64,000 bases of DNA from Eledone cirrhosa (lineage: Eukaryota), in the NCBI GenBank assembly GCA_964016885.1, contig OZ024741.1, positions 280,426,001 through 280,490,000 on the forward strand, given 5' to 3'. Below, one piece after another: positions 49,042-60,860 of this stretch. Below the pieces are notes generated by a model, which was given only the letters and a program-made list of their open reading frames with translations, was not told the DNA's origin and did not search any database. Within the stretch, counting starts at the first letter, position 1; each line of letters starts with the position of its first letter. The translations under genes and the position numbers were made by a program.

Positions 49042-49146
49042 GAGAGCAAAGCTTCTTTGCAAATTCTAAACACTAAATTAAAAGAATCGAAAGAAGAATG
49101 TGAGCAAATCCGTCGAGATTGCCAGGCCATTATCCGGACATACCAG
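49042..49146 (+). CDS. CCDC186: CCDC186-like coding exon 6 (ESKASLQILNTKLKESKEECEQIRRDCQAIIRTYQ)
   Basis: ccccAG acceptor, GTCTGT donor, 105 nt. Matches the 'KEE..QIR..CQ..I.TYQ' segment. Confidence 0.92.
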
Positions 49147-49169
49147 GTCTGTATATTCAATTAAAATTT

Positions 49170-49345
49170 AATTATCATTATTATCATCATTATCATAATT
49201 ATTTTGCGCATTAACACTGCATTACCAAACACAGCTCTATGCACCTTGGGTATGTGTAGTGTGGTTTTTGGTGGTGTTTCTATGGTATTGAGAGTACTCT
49301 TCATATGTGCGTGGTGCCTAGTAGTGCTATTTTTGTATGATATCC
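49170..49345 (-). mobile_element. R4/Dong-like (RLE) LINE extreme 3' end
   Basis: Minus frame KIALLGTTHI followed by an (ATA/ATG)n tail. Confidence 0.5.
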
Positions 49346-49419
49346 TTTGAGTTCTCAAAGAAGTCAGTAGATACCATGTCTTTAGAGTTGGGAGCCTGGC
49401 AAATGAGTGAAATGTCTTT

Positions 49420-49730
49420 CTTTGGTCTCTTGTGCTAAATTGCATTACAAAGATGTCAGAGGATTTCCTGATAATACTCCTTTGTAGCTGTTTGTTTTTC
49501 TGGTGCATCGTCATTCTGCACAATGCCTCAGTAGTCAGCTCTCCTTGATTTTGCTCTGCTCCTAATATGCTTTTTTGGGCTATAGTAATGTTGGATACCT
49601 CCACTGTGGTGACTGCAGTTTGGTTTCTTGATCATACCTGTACACCCGCGTCTCATCTCCAGTTACCAAAGTATTTGGGGACTCAGGATCCTTATTGACA
49701 TAATCAGAAAAAAACGAAAATGCAACAAGT
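49420..49730 (-). pseudogene. mariner transposase fragment
   Basis: Minus frame DPESPNTLVTGDETRVYRYDQETKLQSPQW...PKKA...SKIK, then QTATKEYYQEIL...KRP. Typical mariner catalytic-domain motifs, with stops. Confidence 0.8.
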
Positions 49731-50104
49731 AGTACAGCACCTCACATGCTAACGACCAAATAGTGACTGACAAATCCAGTGAGTTTGCCAAAAACCACTC
49801 ATGCATATGAATGTATGTGGCTCCACTCTGTTTACTTTTCTCTCCCTAACGTCATTACTTCCCACAGGAAACAATAAAGTTGGATACTTTTTTCAACAGA
49901 CTTGTTGCTTGAGATATACTAATGCACGATACACATAACATCTAATGGACATTATATACCTGCATGTCATAAGAAGTGACTAAAAGGTTTGGTGTTAGGA
50001 AGGGAATCTGGCTGTAGAATATTGCCTCAAAAAGTCCCATTCAACCCACACCAGCTTGGAAAAGTGTATGTAAAAATTATGAAGATATAATTTTCTCATT
50101 ATAG

Positions 50105-50203
50105 GAATCTGAAGAAATCAAATCAAATTCTTTAGATAATCAGCTAAAAGCTAAACAGAATGAACTAAAATGCCACGAGCAAGAAAGAAATGACCATCAA
50201 CAG
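50105..50203 (+). CDS. CCDC186: CCDC186-like coding exon 7 (ESEEIKSNSLDNQLK...NDHQQ)
   Basis: atAG acceptor, GTAAGA donor, 99 nt. 'ESEEIKSN.LD..L' is a CCDC186 hallmark. Confidence 0.93.
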
Positions 50204-50947
50204 GTAAGAACAACTGTCTTTGGTTTCATTATTTTTTTTTCTTTTAGTCTGTTGTCCATAGACACAATACAAAACCTCTGACAGGATAGAAACTTCCGGG
50301 CTTGGTGTTCAGTACCTATTATCTTGGCTACCCACACCTTCTCAAACTACACAGTATGACATGAGCTAATGAGGGGATTTTTATATGGTCACACTATCTG
50401 CTATAAATAGTAGCCAAATTTCCTTCAAGTTTCTGGTGCCTTCAGTCTCCAGACTGCCATTTTTCCTCTGCCAAAACAGGAAGAGGGCACCGCATTCAAA
50501 GAAGGAGCCCCTCTAGGTGAAATGGCTAATGCAGTGAGTATTGCTGGTTGTTTTCTGGAGCAATGCATTTGCCATCATGTCTGTGGGGCACAGTTGAGAT
50601 GCACCATCCAACCAAATGTGTAGAGTTTGCCCTCCCCATTTAGCTCCCCTCTTTTTTCATTTTCTCTCCTTTTCTTTTTGTTGTTATGATCTTGTAAATA
50701 AGGGCAGTAGATTGGCAGTATTGGACAACACGCTTTGCAATATATGGTTACATCCCTATACGTTCTGAGTTCAAATTATGCCGAGATTAGCTTTGTCTTT
50801 CATCCTTATGAGGTCAATAAAATAAAGTACCAGTAATGCACTGGGGTTGATTTAATTGACTTTCCTCTCCCATCAAATTGTTGGCCTTGTGCCTAAATCA
50901 GAAACCATTATTGAAGTTGATTCTTTAACCAAACTTTTTTGATATAG

Positions 50948-51034
50948 ATTCATCAAACAGTACTTAAAGAATTAGAAATCTTGAAAACTCAACACAAAGA
51001 TTTAATGGAAGAAATGAAAACCAAGAAAGATAAA
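50948..51034 (+). CDS. CCDC186: CCDC186-like coding exon 8 (IHQTVLKELEILKTQHKDLMEEMKTKKDK)
   Basis: atAG acceptor, GTAAGG donor, 87 nt, phase 0/0. Confidence 0.9.
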
Positions 51035-51435
51035 GTAAGGAAGTATCTTAGCTCTTTATTTTTGTCTTTAATTCCAGCAGATATTTGTTGTTGTTAACAG
51101 TAGTAGCAGTGGTGGTGGTAGTCGCAGTGGCGGTGATAGCAGCAGCAGCAGCAGCAGCAGTAGTAGTGGTGGTGGTGGTGACTCTGGTTCTATTATACAA
51201 AACTATTTATTTTTAAGCATTTATTCATCTAATTTATATATTTTATTTATATATTTTAAATTTATCTAATTTATATATTTTATATTTATCTAATTTATAT
51301 TTATCATTATTTTATGTAAGAACCCTAAAATTCAAAACATCAGTTTAATAATGACAAAGATAGACTACTAAATCTCTCCAAATTCTTGTCTATTTTCAAA
51401 ATAATATGAAAACTATAGGCAGTGTCATTGATTAG

Positions 51436-52162
51436 TCTAAGGTCCTAGTAAGTACAAGGGGAACAGGGTTCAGATCTCCTCAGGGAAATGACCTTGTTCA
51501 ATGTGTAGGAAAGGCGTAGGTAGAAATTCCATCCTCTCTCTCAAATGCAAATTATGGGTACACAGGAAATGTAGTGGGATCTCAAGTAAGTTAGCAAAGA
51601 ATGTAGGTTTTCCATGTGACCATTGCACAGGAACAGTGAACATCAAATGGCCACAGGAAACAAGTGCTATCAAGTTCTTGGAAGATTCCATAGAAGCAGT
51701 GGACAGGTTCTGTTACCTGAGTGACCAAATTAGCTGTGGAGGTGGATGTTCCAAAAGTACAGCAGCCACAATGAGAATGGGATGGAAAAAGGGCAGATTG
51801 TATGATATGTGTATACAAATAGCAATACTGCATGGTAGTGAGACCTGGGCACTGTGTGCAGAGGACCTGCAAAGACTACGAAGAAATGAAGCTTGTATGC
51901 TTCTTTGGATGTGTAATTGTAATATATATATGAACGGCAAAGCATAAATAAACTGAGAGAAAAACTGGGCATAAGAGGGATCATATGCAGTGAGCAAGAA
52001 AGGAGTGTGCATGAAGGATGACAGCTGTATAAAAAGGTGCAGGACACTCAAATTTGATGGAAGCTATGGAGGAGTAAGACCCAGGTAGACTTGGGATGAG
52101 GTGATAAAAGTTGACCTTGCACAATTGTACCTCTCAAAGGCGATGACACAGGATCGAGATCA
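51436..52162 (+). mobile_element. RTE PHD/C-terminal fragment
   Basis: CRKGVGRNSI...WVHRKCSGI...LHGSETWAL; homologous to about 43440-44235. Confidence 0.85.
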
Positions 52163-53234
52163 CAATGCTTTCATTATCTTGTCTGCTGGGTGCTGCTGAA
52201 ATATATTACCTTGACTGGGGGTGTTGAGTCTGTCCCTCCCTTTCCTCTAACTTTCATTATTCAATTATTTTTTTTTTTTTTATTGCAAACTTTATATAAA
52301 TTTAATTGAAATAAAATTTAAGATTTTGCATATATTTATTTCCCTGTTGGCTGTGTAATTATTGCTTGGTTCTGTCAATATATATATTTCCTTGTTGGTT
52401 GTCTATGTCCTGTTTCTCCTCTCATATCATTAATTTCTTCCAGTTTTTATTGGTCCTCTATATATATATTTCCCTGCTAGTTGTCAATGTTAATACATTG
52501 ACAACTCTTCACTACACTGTCTTATGTCATTGCCTATTGCCTTCTTCCAGTATTCTTTATACCCCACTTTCTCTCTTCAAATTATATATATATATATATT
52601 TCCCTGTTAGCTGCGCATCTCTTATCCCTCCTTCTTTCATGTTATTGTCTTTCAGTATTCATTAATTCTTTTTATGGATTGGCAGTATCGGTAGAGGGTC
52701 GAATGCCATGCTTTGACATATAGAGTTACGGCCCTTGCCATTCTGAGTTCAAATCCCGCTGAGGTTAACTTTGCCTTTCATCCTTACGGGGTCGATAAAA
52801 TAAAGTACCAGTAATGTACTAGGATTTGCTGGCCTTGTGCTAAAAGTTAAAACAATTAATTCTTTTTATATATATTTCCCTGTTGGCTGTCTATGTTCTA
52901 TTTTTATCCATTCTTAGTATGACCCAGATGAATCATAGTTGACATTGAAAACCTATCAATTTCAGATATAGCAGTCAGATTGGTATTTCATAGAAAACAA
53001 TAGAAAAAAAAAAAGAAACACTGTTAAGCTAGTTGTTCAACCATAACCAGGAAATCTTTTTGTCTCTTTAAAAAATATTGTTGACAACTAACATTTATCT
53101 ATGTATTTAATAGTTTCTGTCCTTTCAGCAAAATCACCTATTCTGAGCATACACAATACATTTTCAAATACCTTTATTGGAACATTAGCAAACTAAGTGA
53201 AATAAAACATACGGAACTAGAGGTACAAATTGTG

Positions 53235-54050
53235 TTAGGGACTCGGTCAACCCAGAGCTTACTGTGGAGTTTAATATTTAAGGACTCAGTCAACCCAGAT
53301 TACTGTGGAGATTAATATTTAGGAAGTCAGCCAACCCAGATTACTGTATAGTTTAATATTTAGGGAGTCAGTCAACCCAGATTACTGTGGAGATTGATAT
53401 TTATGGAGTCAGTCAACCCAGATTACTGTATAGTTTAATATTTAGGGAGTCAGTCAACCCAGATTACCGTGGAGTTAAATATTTAAGGACTCAGTCAACC
53501 CAGATTACTGTGGAGTTTAATATTTAGGGAGTCAGTCAACCCAGATTACTGTGGAGTTTAATATTTAGGGAGTCAGTCAACCCAGTTTACTGTGGAGTTT
53601 AATATTTAGGAAGTCAGCCAACCCAGATTACTGTATAGTTTAATATTTAGGGAGTCAGTCAACCCAGATTACCGTGGAGTTAAATATTTAAGGACTCAGT
53701 CAACCCAGATTACTGTGGAGTTTAATATTTAGGGAGTCAGTCAACCCAGATTACTGTGGAGTTTAATATTTAGGGAGTCAGTCAACCCAGATTACTGTAT
53801 AGTTTAATATTTAGGGAGTCAGTCAACCCAGATTACCGTGGAGTTAAATATTTAGGGAGTTAGTCAACATAGTGGTTACTGTGGAGTTTAATATTTAGGG
53901 AGTTAGTCAACACAGTGGTTACTGTGGAGCTTAATATTTAGGGAGTCAGCTACCCTAGATTACTGTGGAGTTTAATATTTAGGGAGTCATTCAACCCAGA
54001 TTACTTTGAAGTTTAATATTTAGGGAGTTAGTCACCACAGCTTACTCAGT
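53235..54050. repeat. 41-bp minisatellite, about 19-20 copies
   Basis: TTACTGTGGAGTTTAATATTTAGGGAGTCAGTCAACCCAGA units. Confidence 0.93.
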
Positions 54051-54839
54051 TGGATCCCAGCCAAGCTCATGGATGTTATTCAGCCATCTTGCTGGGGGTT
54101 TACCCCTAGATCTCCTGCTGGTTGGTTTTGCCCATTAAATCTGCCCAGCTATTCTTTCCTGAGACATTCTAACCACATGCCTGTAATATCAGAGCTGTGT
54201 TTTCTCAATTACCATATCGAGTGATGTTACTCCAAAGACCCTTTGGAGGAACCCTATTTCGGCTGCTTGTATTTATGATCGTATTCTTACGATCATTACC
54301 CAAGATTCATGACCATAGGCAAGGTTTGGCACAAATACTGAATTAAAGATAGTGAGTTTGATTTTTACACTTACAACTCTTCTTCTGATTACCGAATGCT
54401 GAAGCTGGCTCATTACTGCACCAGTTCCTGCTATTCTTGCACTTAATAAGTTACAATCTTAGTAATGAAATTAATAATTTCAGTAAACACCTCAACACTC
54501 TTTATCAATTAATTGGAATAGAGTTTTTCATTAGAAATATAGTTGCATGGTCAGAAAAGAGTTAACATATAAAACCAGCCAACCTACCAACCAGCCAACC
54601 TACCAAACAACCAACCAGCCTGCTAACCAACTAACCATTCAGCCAAACAACCACCCAACCAACCAAGTGACTGTTATAGGAAAATAGATGTAATACTGTT
54701 TAATGTAGAAAATTGTAAAACTACAATAGTCTATAATCAGACTGTAGCAAAAGAATGTTGACAGAATTTGATTTTGTGAGGACTTTTGTCATCAAAGTGA
54801 ATATTTCTTAAATTCTTTCTTATTTAATCTATTTACCAG

Positions 54840-54982
54840 ATTGTATGGTTGGAAGATGAATGCAGAGATAAGGAAAACACCCTATCAAAGTTCAAAGATG
54901 TTCTTCAAAACCAGAAGACAAGAATAAAAGACTTGAAGACAAAACTTAAGGAACTAGAAGATATTAAAAGCAGTTATGACCA
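54840..54982 (+). CDS. CCDC186: CCDC186-like coding exon 9 (IVWLEDECRDKENTLSKFKDVLQNQK...SSYD)
   Basis: accAG acceptor, GTAAGT donor at 54983, 143 nt, ends in phase 2. 'LEDE......LSK.K.....QK' similarity to CCDC186. Confidence 0.9.
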
Positions 54983-55340
54983 GTAAGTAAAAATAAACAA
55001 AACAAAATTGCTCATTCTCTCTTTCTCTATCTGTCAGTCCATTCATTATACATAATTTCTCATGTATAATGAAACCATATTGTATAAGCTTAATTATTGG
55101 TTAATTATCTTAATTAGTGATCTTTTCTGCCAAATGAAACTGTATGGTATAAGCAAATGTGTGTAGGTAAAATTATATTTTTTTCTTTCAAACTGTATTT
55201 TTGCTTGCAATACTTACTTTTAATTTGTATAAATAAGCTGTACATAACATACTTTTTAGCCTGTAGCTGTATTCAGCTACTTTTAAGGTGTATTATGGCT
55301 GAAATAATTTTATTCTACACACACACACACGCACACACGC

Positions 55341-55379
<39 letters not shown>

Positions 55380-55501
55380 CTCTCTTTTCTCTCTCTTTTC
55401 TCTCTCTCTCTCTGTATAAACCTTATGAATTATCAAAGCACTGGGAGTCTTTGAAAGTGTGAGTGTCCCAAACACAGAAAATGACTTTAATAACAGTCAA
55501 T

Positions 55502-55884
55502 CATCATTTCATTTTACGTCCGTTTTGTCCCTGCGTGCAAGGGTGGGACGGGAACTGATTCTGGCTTGATTTCTGCACCTGGATGCCCTTCCTAACACCA
55601 ACCTCATTTACAGTGAGTGCTGGGTGCTTTTTTTCTGTGGCGCCTACACGTCCACTTTACAGTGTGGGCTGGGTGCTTTTTTGACGTGACACCACCACGA
55701 CCACTTTACAGTGGAATGATATGGACCCCAGTCCCTATCATCTCATTTCTACAGCTGAGTAAACTGGAGCAATGTGAAATAAAGTGTCTTGCTCAAGGAA
55801 ACAACACATCACCCGGTCTGAGAATTGAACCCACAACCTTTCGATTACAAGGCCAATGCTCTAACCACTAAGCCATGTGCCTCC
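55502..55884 (-). mobile_element. Same SINE family, opposite orientation
   Basis: Reverse complement of 56159-56499 with one extra internal repeat unit. Related copies at about 21230-21573 and, with a different tail, 4902-5205. Confidence 0.85.
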
Positions 55885-56158
55885 ATTATATATAGAGAAA
55901 ATTACCTAGTGACAGAAAAATGTGCACGAAATTGTCTACAAGGCCAATGCTCTAACCACTAAGCCATGTGCCTCCATTATATATAGAGAAAATTACCTAG
56001 TGACAGAAAAATGTGCACAAAATTGTCTACAAGGCGGATGCGATTATCCACTTTTTTTTTATATTTAAGGGTAACTCACTCCATTATCTCACCTATTATC
56101 TATAGTGATTGTCTAGCCTGTTATTTACTGTGTTTGGGACTCTTATATTTTCAAATAT

Positions 56159-56499
56159 GGAGGCACATGGCTTAGTGGTTAGAGCATTGGCCTTGCAATC
56201 GAAAGGTTGTGAGTTCAATTCTCAGACCGGGTGATGTGTTGTTTCCTTGAGCAAGACACTTTATTTCACATTGCTCCAGTTTACTCAGCTGTAGAAATGA
56301 GATGATAGGGACTGGGGTCCATATCATTCCACTGCAAAGTGGTCGTGGAGGTGCCATGGCAAAAAAGCACCCAGCACTCACTGTAAATGAGGTTGGTGTT
56401 AGGAAGGGCATCCAGCTGTAGAAATCAAGCCAGCATCAGTTCCCGTCCCACTCTTGCAAGCAGGGAAAAAGCGGACATAAAATGAAATGAATGATGATG
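56159..56499 (+). mobile_element. tRNA-head SINE with RTE-derived 3' tail
   Basis: Box A TGGCTTAGTGG, box B GTTCAATTC, a central domain, then a 3' part nearly identical to the RTE 3' UTR at about 44330-44485. Confidence 0.85.
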
Positions 56500-56894
56500 T
56501 GTGTATATTTAATGTCTGATTGTCTATACCATGTTTTCATGTTGAAGACCAGGTATTTAAACACAGCAATCTTTAGCAGATTTTCCCATTAGGTATATAT
56601 AGCATTATCATCATCATAATCATCCTTATCATTTAATGTGTATTTTCGACACTTGCATGGGTTATGTTGTCAAGTTATGAGACTAGCCAGATCAAGTGAC
56701 CAGGTCTTGTTTATACGGATCTGTTTTGGGCTTAGTTTCTACAGCTATATGCCAACCACATTATAATTATAATAACATTATTCTATGTGTCATTCTTTAT
56801 TTACAATAATAATTTGGTTTGAGAGGGATGCATCTGTTATTATTAGCAAGCTGAATGACCATGTAGTAGATCCCATTTTGACTTGTATATTTTG

Positions 56895-57778
56895 ACTTGT
56901 ATACAATCTGCCAGCATCTCTTTTCCAGACACTTAGCATAGATTTTACTGGGGCGGCTTAACAAGATCACTCTATAATTGGAACAATCTTTCTTGTCTCC
57001 CTTTTTGAAAATTGGGATTATCACTCCCGATTGTCATTGCTTAGGTGCTTTCCCAGAGATCCAGGCCACCCAGCACACATGAGTCAGCCAAAGAATACCT
57101 TCTAGCATCTGTGTCAGATGCAGCACAACCGACCAAATATTCACATAGCAGCAAGTCTTTGAGAAATTGTGGGAGTACTACTAAGAGGTGTATTCTTACT
57201 TTGTAGATCTCAAAAAGGCATATGACTGCATTCCACGGGACCTACTGTGGAAGGTTCTATAGGAGTATGGGATTGGTGGTCCGTTTCTTGTTGCCTTGAT
57301 GTCTCTATACAAATGCCCAAGAATTTGTGTTCAGATAAATGGTGCTAAAGCGAAATTATTCAATGTGTGCGTACTGTCACCTTTCTTGTTCATTATTTTC
57401 ATGAACAGGATTGACATGCACAGCCGGGTTAGGAATGGTATCACAACTGGCTGGTGTAGAATCAGTCAGCTTAAATTTGAAGATGACATGGTATTAACTC
57501 AACAGAAGGGATCTCCAACTTGCACTTGATGGGTTTGATGCCAAGTGCTGCATCGTTGGAATGAAAATCAATGCTGTGAAAGCTGAGAGACTTGTCCTCT
57601 CAAGGAAGCCTGCACAGTGCACTCTACATGTGAATGGCATTCTACTGAAGCAGATAGAGAAGTTCAAGTATCTCACAGCCATGTTCATGAGTGATGACAG
57701 GACCTGCTGGAAGGATTATTTTAGGACTCTACCCTCATGACCCTCTTAGGAATAAGTGGGAAAAGAAGAAGAAAGATT
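56895..57778. mobile_element. Second RTE-like family copy with inverted 5' part and (GAA)n tail
   Basis: The minus strand at 56895-57104 encodes IIPIFKKGDKKDCSNYR. The plus strand at about 57115-57700 encodes STTDQIF, FVDLKKAYD, LSPFLFIIFM. The tail matches the reverse complement of 29926-29990. Confidence 0.8.
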
Positions 57779-58461
57779 ACCAAACCAAATAAAAAATGTT
57801 GTTGTCTCTTATAATAAGTGAACTGGTTTAGAATCAGTACACCGTATCCTTGCTTGCTGTAAGAGGTGACTAAAATAGCTGGCAAAAAGAAGGGCATTCA
57901 GCTGTAAAACATTGTCTTACAAAGGGACCCATGATGATTAAATAGGATTTATCATGGCTCCCACCCACATACACACTTAATGTCTGTGTGAGATGGGGGT
58001 AGACAATGAAGAGCACAAACTCCGGCACATATGGATTAATTTCCATTTTATTTATTTGAGGGTTCTTAACAAAACTGTGTCACATGTATCATCATCATCT
58101 TTATTTTACGTCCATTTTTCTATGCTGGTATGGGTTTGACAAGCTGGTTTGTGATAATGTTTTACAACCAGATGCCCTTCCTGACACCAACCCTGTTATT
58201 CACCTCTTACGATACACAGGGATGCAGTGTATCTATTCTAAAAACCAGAATACACACAGCTTAAATATATCTTCATTTACTGGAAGAGCCTCCAGCTGTA
58301 AACCCTTGCCATGAAGAGAACATCATAATGATTAAATGGCACCTATCATGGGGTCCACAAGGCTAACCCCTTGCTTTAGAAAAGAAAATGGTGTTAACAT
58401 GCTTACTGCTACTGTAAGTATATTATTTAAATTTGTCTTTATAATCTCCATATTTTGACAG

Positions 58462-58642
58462 GAGTCAAGAGGAATTGTCTGTGGTGCAGAATAATCTTTT
58501 AGAACAGAACCAACAATGCACCGACATAGAGACAGATATTGATTCATGTAAAGTACGGGAATCAGAGCTACTTGAACTGACAGCTAACCTGAGTTCAAAG
58601 AATGCTCTTCTGCAGTCTGAGAACATCACTGTGAATAATAAA
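58462..58642 (+). CDS. CCDC186: CCDC186-like coding exon 10 (SQEELSVVQ...RESELLELTANLSSKNALLQSENITVNNK); gene continues beyond the window
   Basis: gacAG acceptor, GTAAGA donor, 181 nt, completes the phase-2 codon. 'RESELL..T..L.SKNA.LQSE' matches CCDC186. Confidence 0.92.
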
Positions 58643-58748
58643 GTAAGACACTTCCTCCTCCCATCCTCATCCTCCTCCTCTGCTTCCTTCTCCTCTTTCT
58701 TCTTTTGGTATTAGCTATTTAGTTACTTGTTATTGACTCTGGCATTAA

Positions 58749-59042
58749 CCCTTTTGATACTAATCCACCTTAAACAGCCCTGGTTTTATGATACAAAACC
58801 CACCTTAAACAACACTGGTTTTATGACACAAAACTGCCCATTTAAAAAATGTTGATGCTTCATATTAAAACTATCTGTTATAATTTTATTTCAGAAATTA
58901 TTTCAAGTAATGTTCTAAATATCACCTTACTATTGAAAAAGTTAGTTATTTTATTAAATTCCTCCTTATTTTTGATTAAATTCAAAATAAATTGAAGCAC
59001 ACAGGCAGTGTATTTCATTTGAAATATGGTAACAAAAATGTT
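58749..59042. mobile_element. Older piggyBac-like MITE family (other decayed copies about 595-830 and 1025-1285)
   Basis: TTAA-CCCTTTTGATAC left end and ATATGGTAACAAAA(GGG-TTAA) right end shared between copies. Confidence 0.55.
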
Positions 59043-60265
59043 GAATTTAACTTGATAAGGATCTAGACTGCAAACTCTTTATTTTTACTTATTTGTTTCA
59101 TTGATTTTGTGGAAATTGCATGAAAATGTCAAGTGAAAATCAACAAAATCTGAATTTAAATCTCAAGCTGTCAACTAGCGTCACTGTTGCTCATTACTGA
59201 ATGATCATTCCACTTTTAATTATCTTTGTTTTGACTTGACTATTAACCCTTCTAATAGCACCCCACACAAAACTGCTCTTGATTCTCTGATAAAACTGTC
59301 CATTTTAACCCTTCTAATACCAACCCACACAAAACTCCCTTTCTTTCTATTTAAATTAAAGCCTTCCAACAATTTAATATGAAAATATTTTGTTAATTTG
59401 TTTCCCCTCCATTTCATAGGATTTATTTCAAAATACTCAAATAAATTTCTTGGATAAAATTACATAAAAATAATAAAGAATTTAATATTTAATCAAACAT
59501 ACAGAAAGAGAAAGCAGTATTGGAAAGGACTATAAATGCCATAAATGATAGGAAAAGGAGGAAAAGAGCAAGTCTATTAGGCAAAGTAAAAAAAAAAGGA
59601 GCAAGGGGAGAGGGCGACAGACTCAACACCTAGGTCAGAGCGATGTTTCAAGGATAAAATGGCAAAGGCATTTCTGCGGACAATGGCCAGCGATACCCGC
59701 TGCAACAGCCACTCCACCTCACAGAAGATCCTCAGATGGGCTGCTGTCATCCCAGTCTTACAGAGGACATCAGCTTAAATTATGTTACAAACAGCATATT
59801 AATAATTCTAGTAAATCCATCCAAAATCTTCATCTGTTAACTGTGTTTGCTGCAGGTATTGATCCAAAATATAATGTTATATTTGACAAACTTCAAGGCT
59901 TCACTGACTGAAATTCAATTCCTATGGAAGCAACACCTTTACTTATTTCATTCAGAATTGCTCTTTTGAAAACTGAATTCATGAAGATGAAATTAATAAA
60001 TTGCTAGCTGAGAGAATAATTATACCTTCAACATTGTCTTGACATTCTCAACTTGTAGTCAACAAAAGTGGTGCAAAAAGGGCTTAGTGGTTGGCTATGC
60101 ATTTTCTATTACGATGCGCACAGCTAGAAACAATTCCTGTTATTTGTTAGAAATGTTCTAAGTGAAATTCATGGAAATCATAATTTCAGCACTTGAATCA
60201 GCATATTATTAAGTGCCTTTGTCTTCCCGGGAGCAACATTTTCAGTTTTTTAAGCAAATAATGTA

Positions 60266-60600
60266 CAGTGGAACCTTGGTTCATGAACTTAATTTGTCCC
60301 AGAAGGCTGTTAGTCACCTGAAATGTTCATAAACTGAAACTATATTTCCCATACAAAATGTTGCGAGAGAAATACAGTGAGAGACTGTGTGTGAAAGACA
60401 TAGATTATCACCATAGTAACTAACTACACTGCAAGTGACGCTTTCCTGCTGATACTCCAAGCTTGTCACCAACTGTTGTTGCTGGCATGTATGTTCATTA
60501 CTCAAGACACCATTTGGCAACTGAGGAATTTTGTTTGGAAAAATTGTTCATATTTCAATTTGTTCATGATGAGAGGCATTCGTTAACTGAGGTTCCACTA
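60266..60600. mobile_element. Tigger-like MITE, second copy
   Basis: TA-CAGTGGAACCTTGGTT...AACTGAGGTTCCACTA. Confidence 0.75.
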
Positions 60601-60860
60601 TTTACAAAATTACACGATAGTCATCTGGAGTTAAGATAGTAAATAGGCTGTTAGAACATTGGAAAGAATACTTTAAAAACATAATCTAGAAATGATAATT
60701 GAGTTTCATTGCATTTGCATTTGTTTAGGGATGAATGAGAGCTCTACCTCATTAGCATATTGGAGAAAAGTTTGTTACATTTTTAGTGAATTGGCCATAG
60801 GGTTATCCACTCCAGTAAATACCACTACATGCCAACCACTAATTTAACTTGTTTAGAAGA

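Noticed and set aside
56159-56235. tRNA gene candidates (also 4902-4970 and SINE family 2 heads)
   Set aside because: Box A/B are present but run into SINE bodies, with no convincing cloverleaf.
59956-60060. Candidate exon 11 after ttcAG
   Set aside because: The required phase-0 frame hits TGA after six codons, with no CCDC186 similarity.
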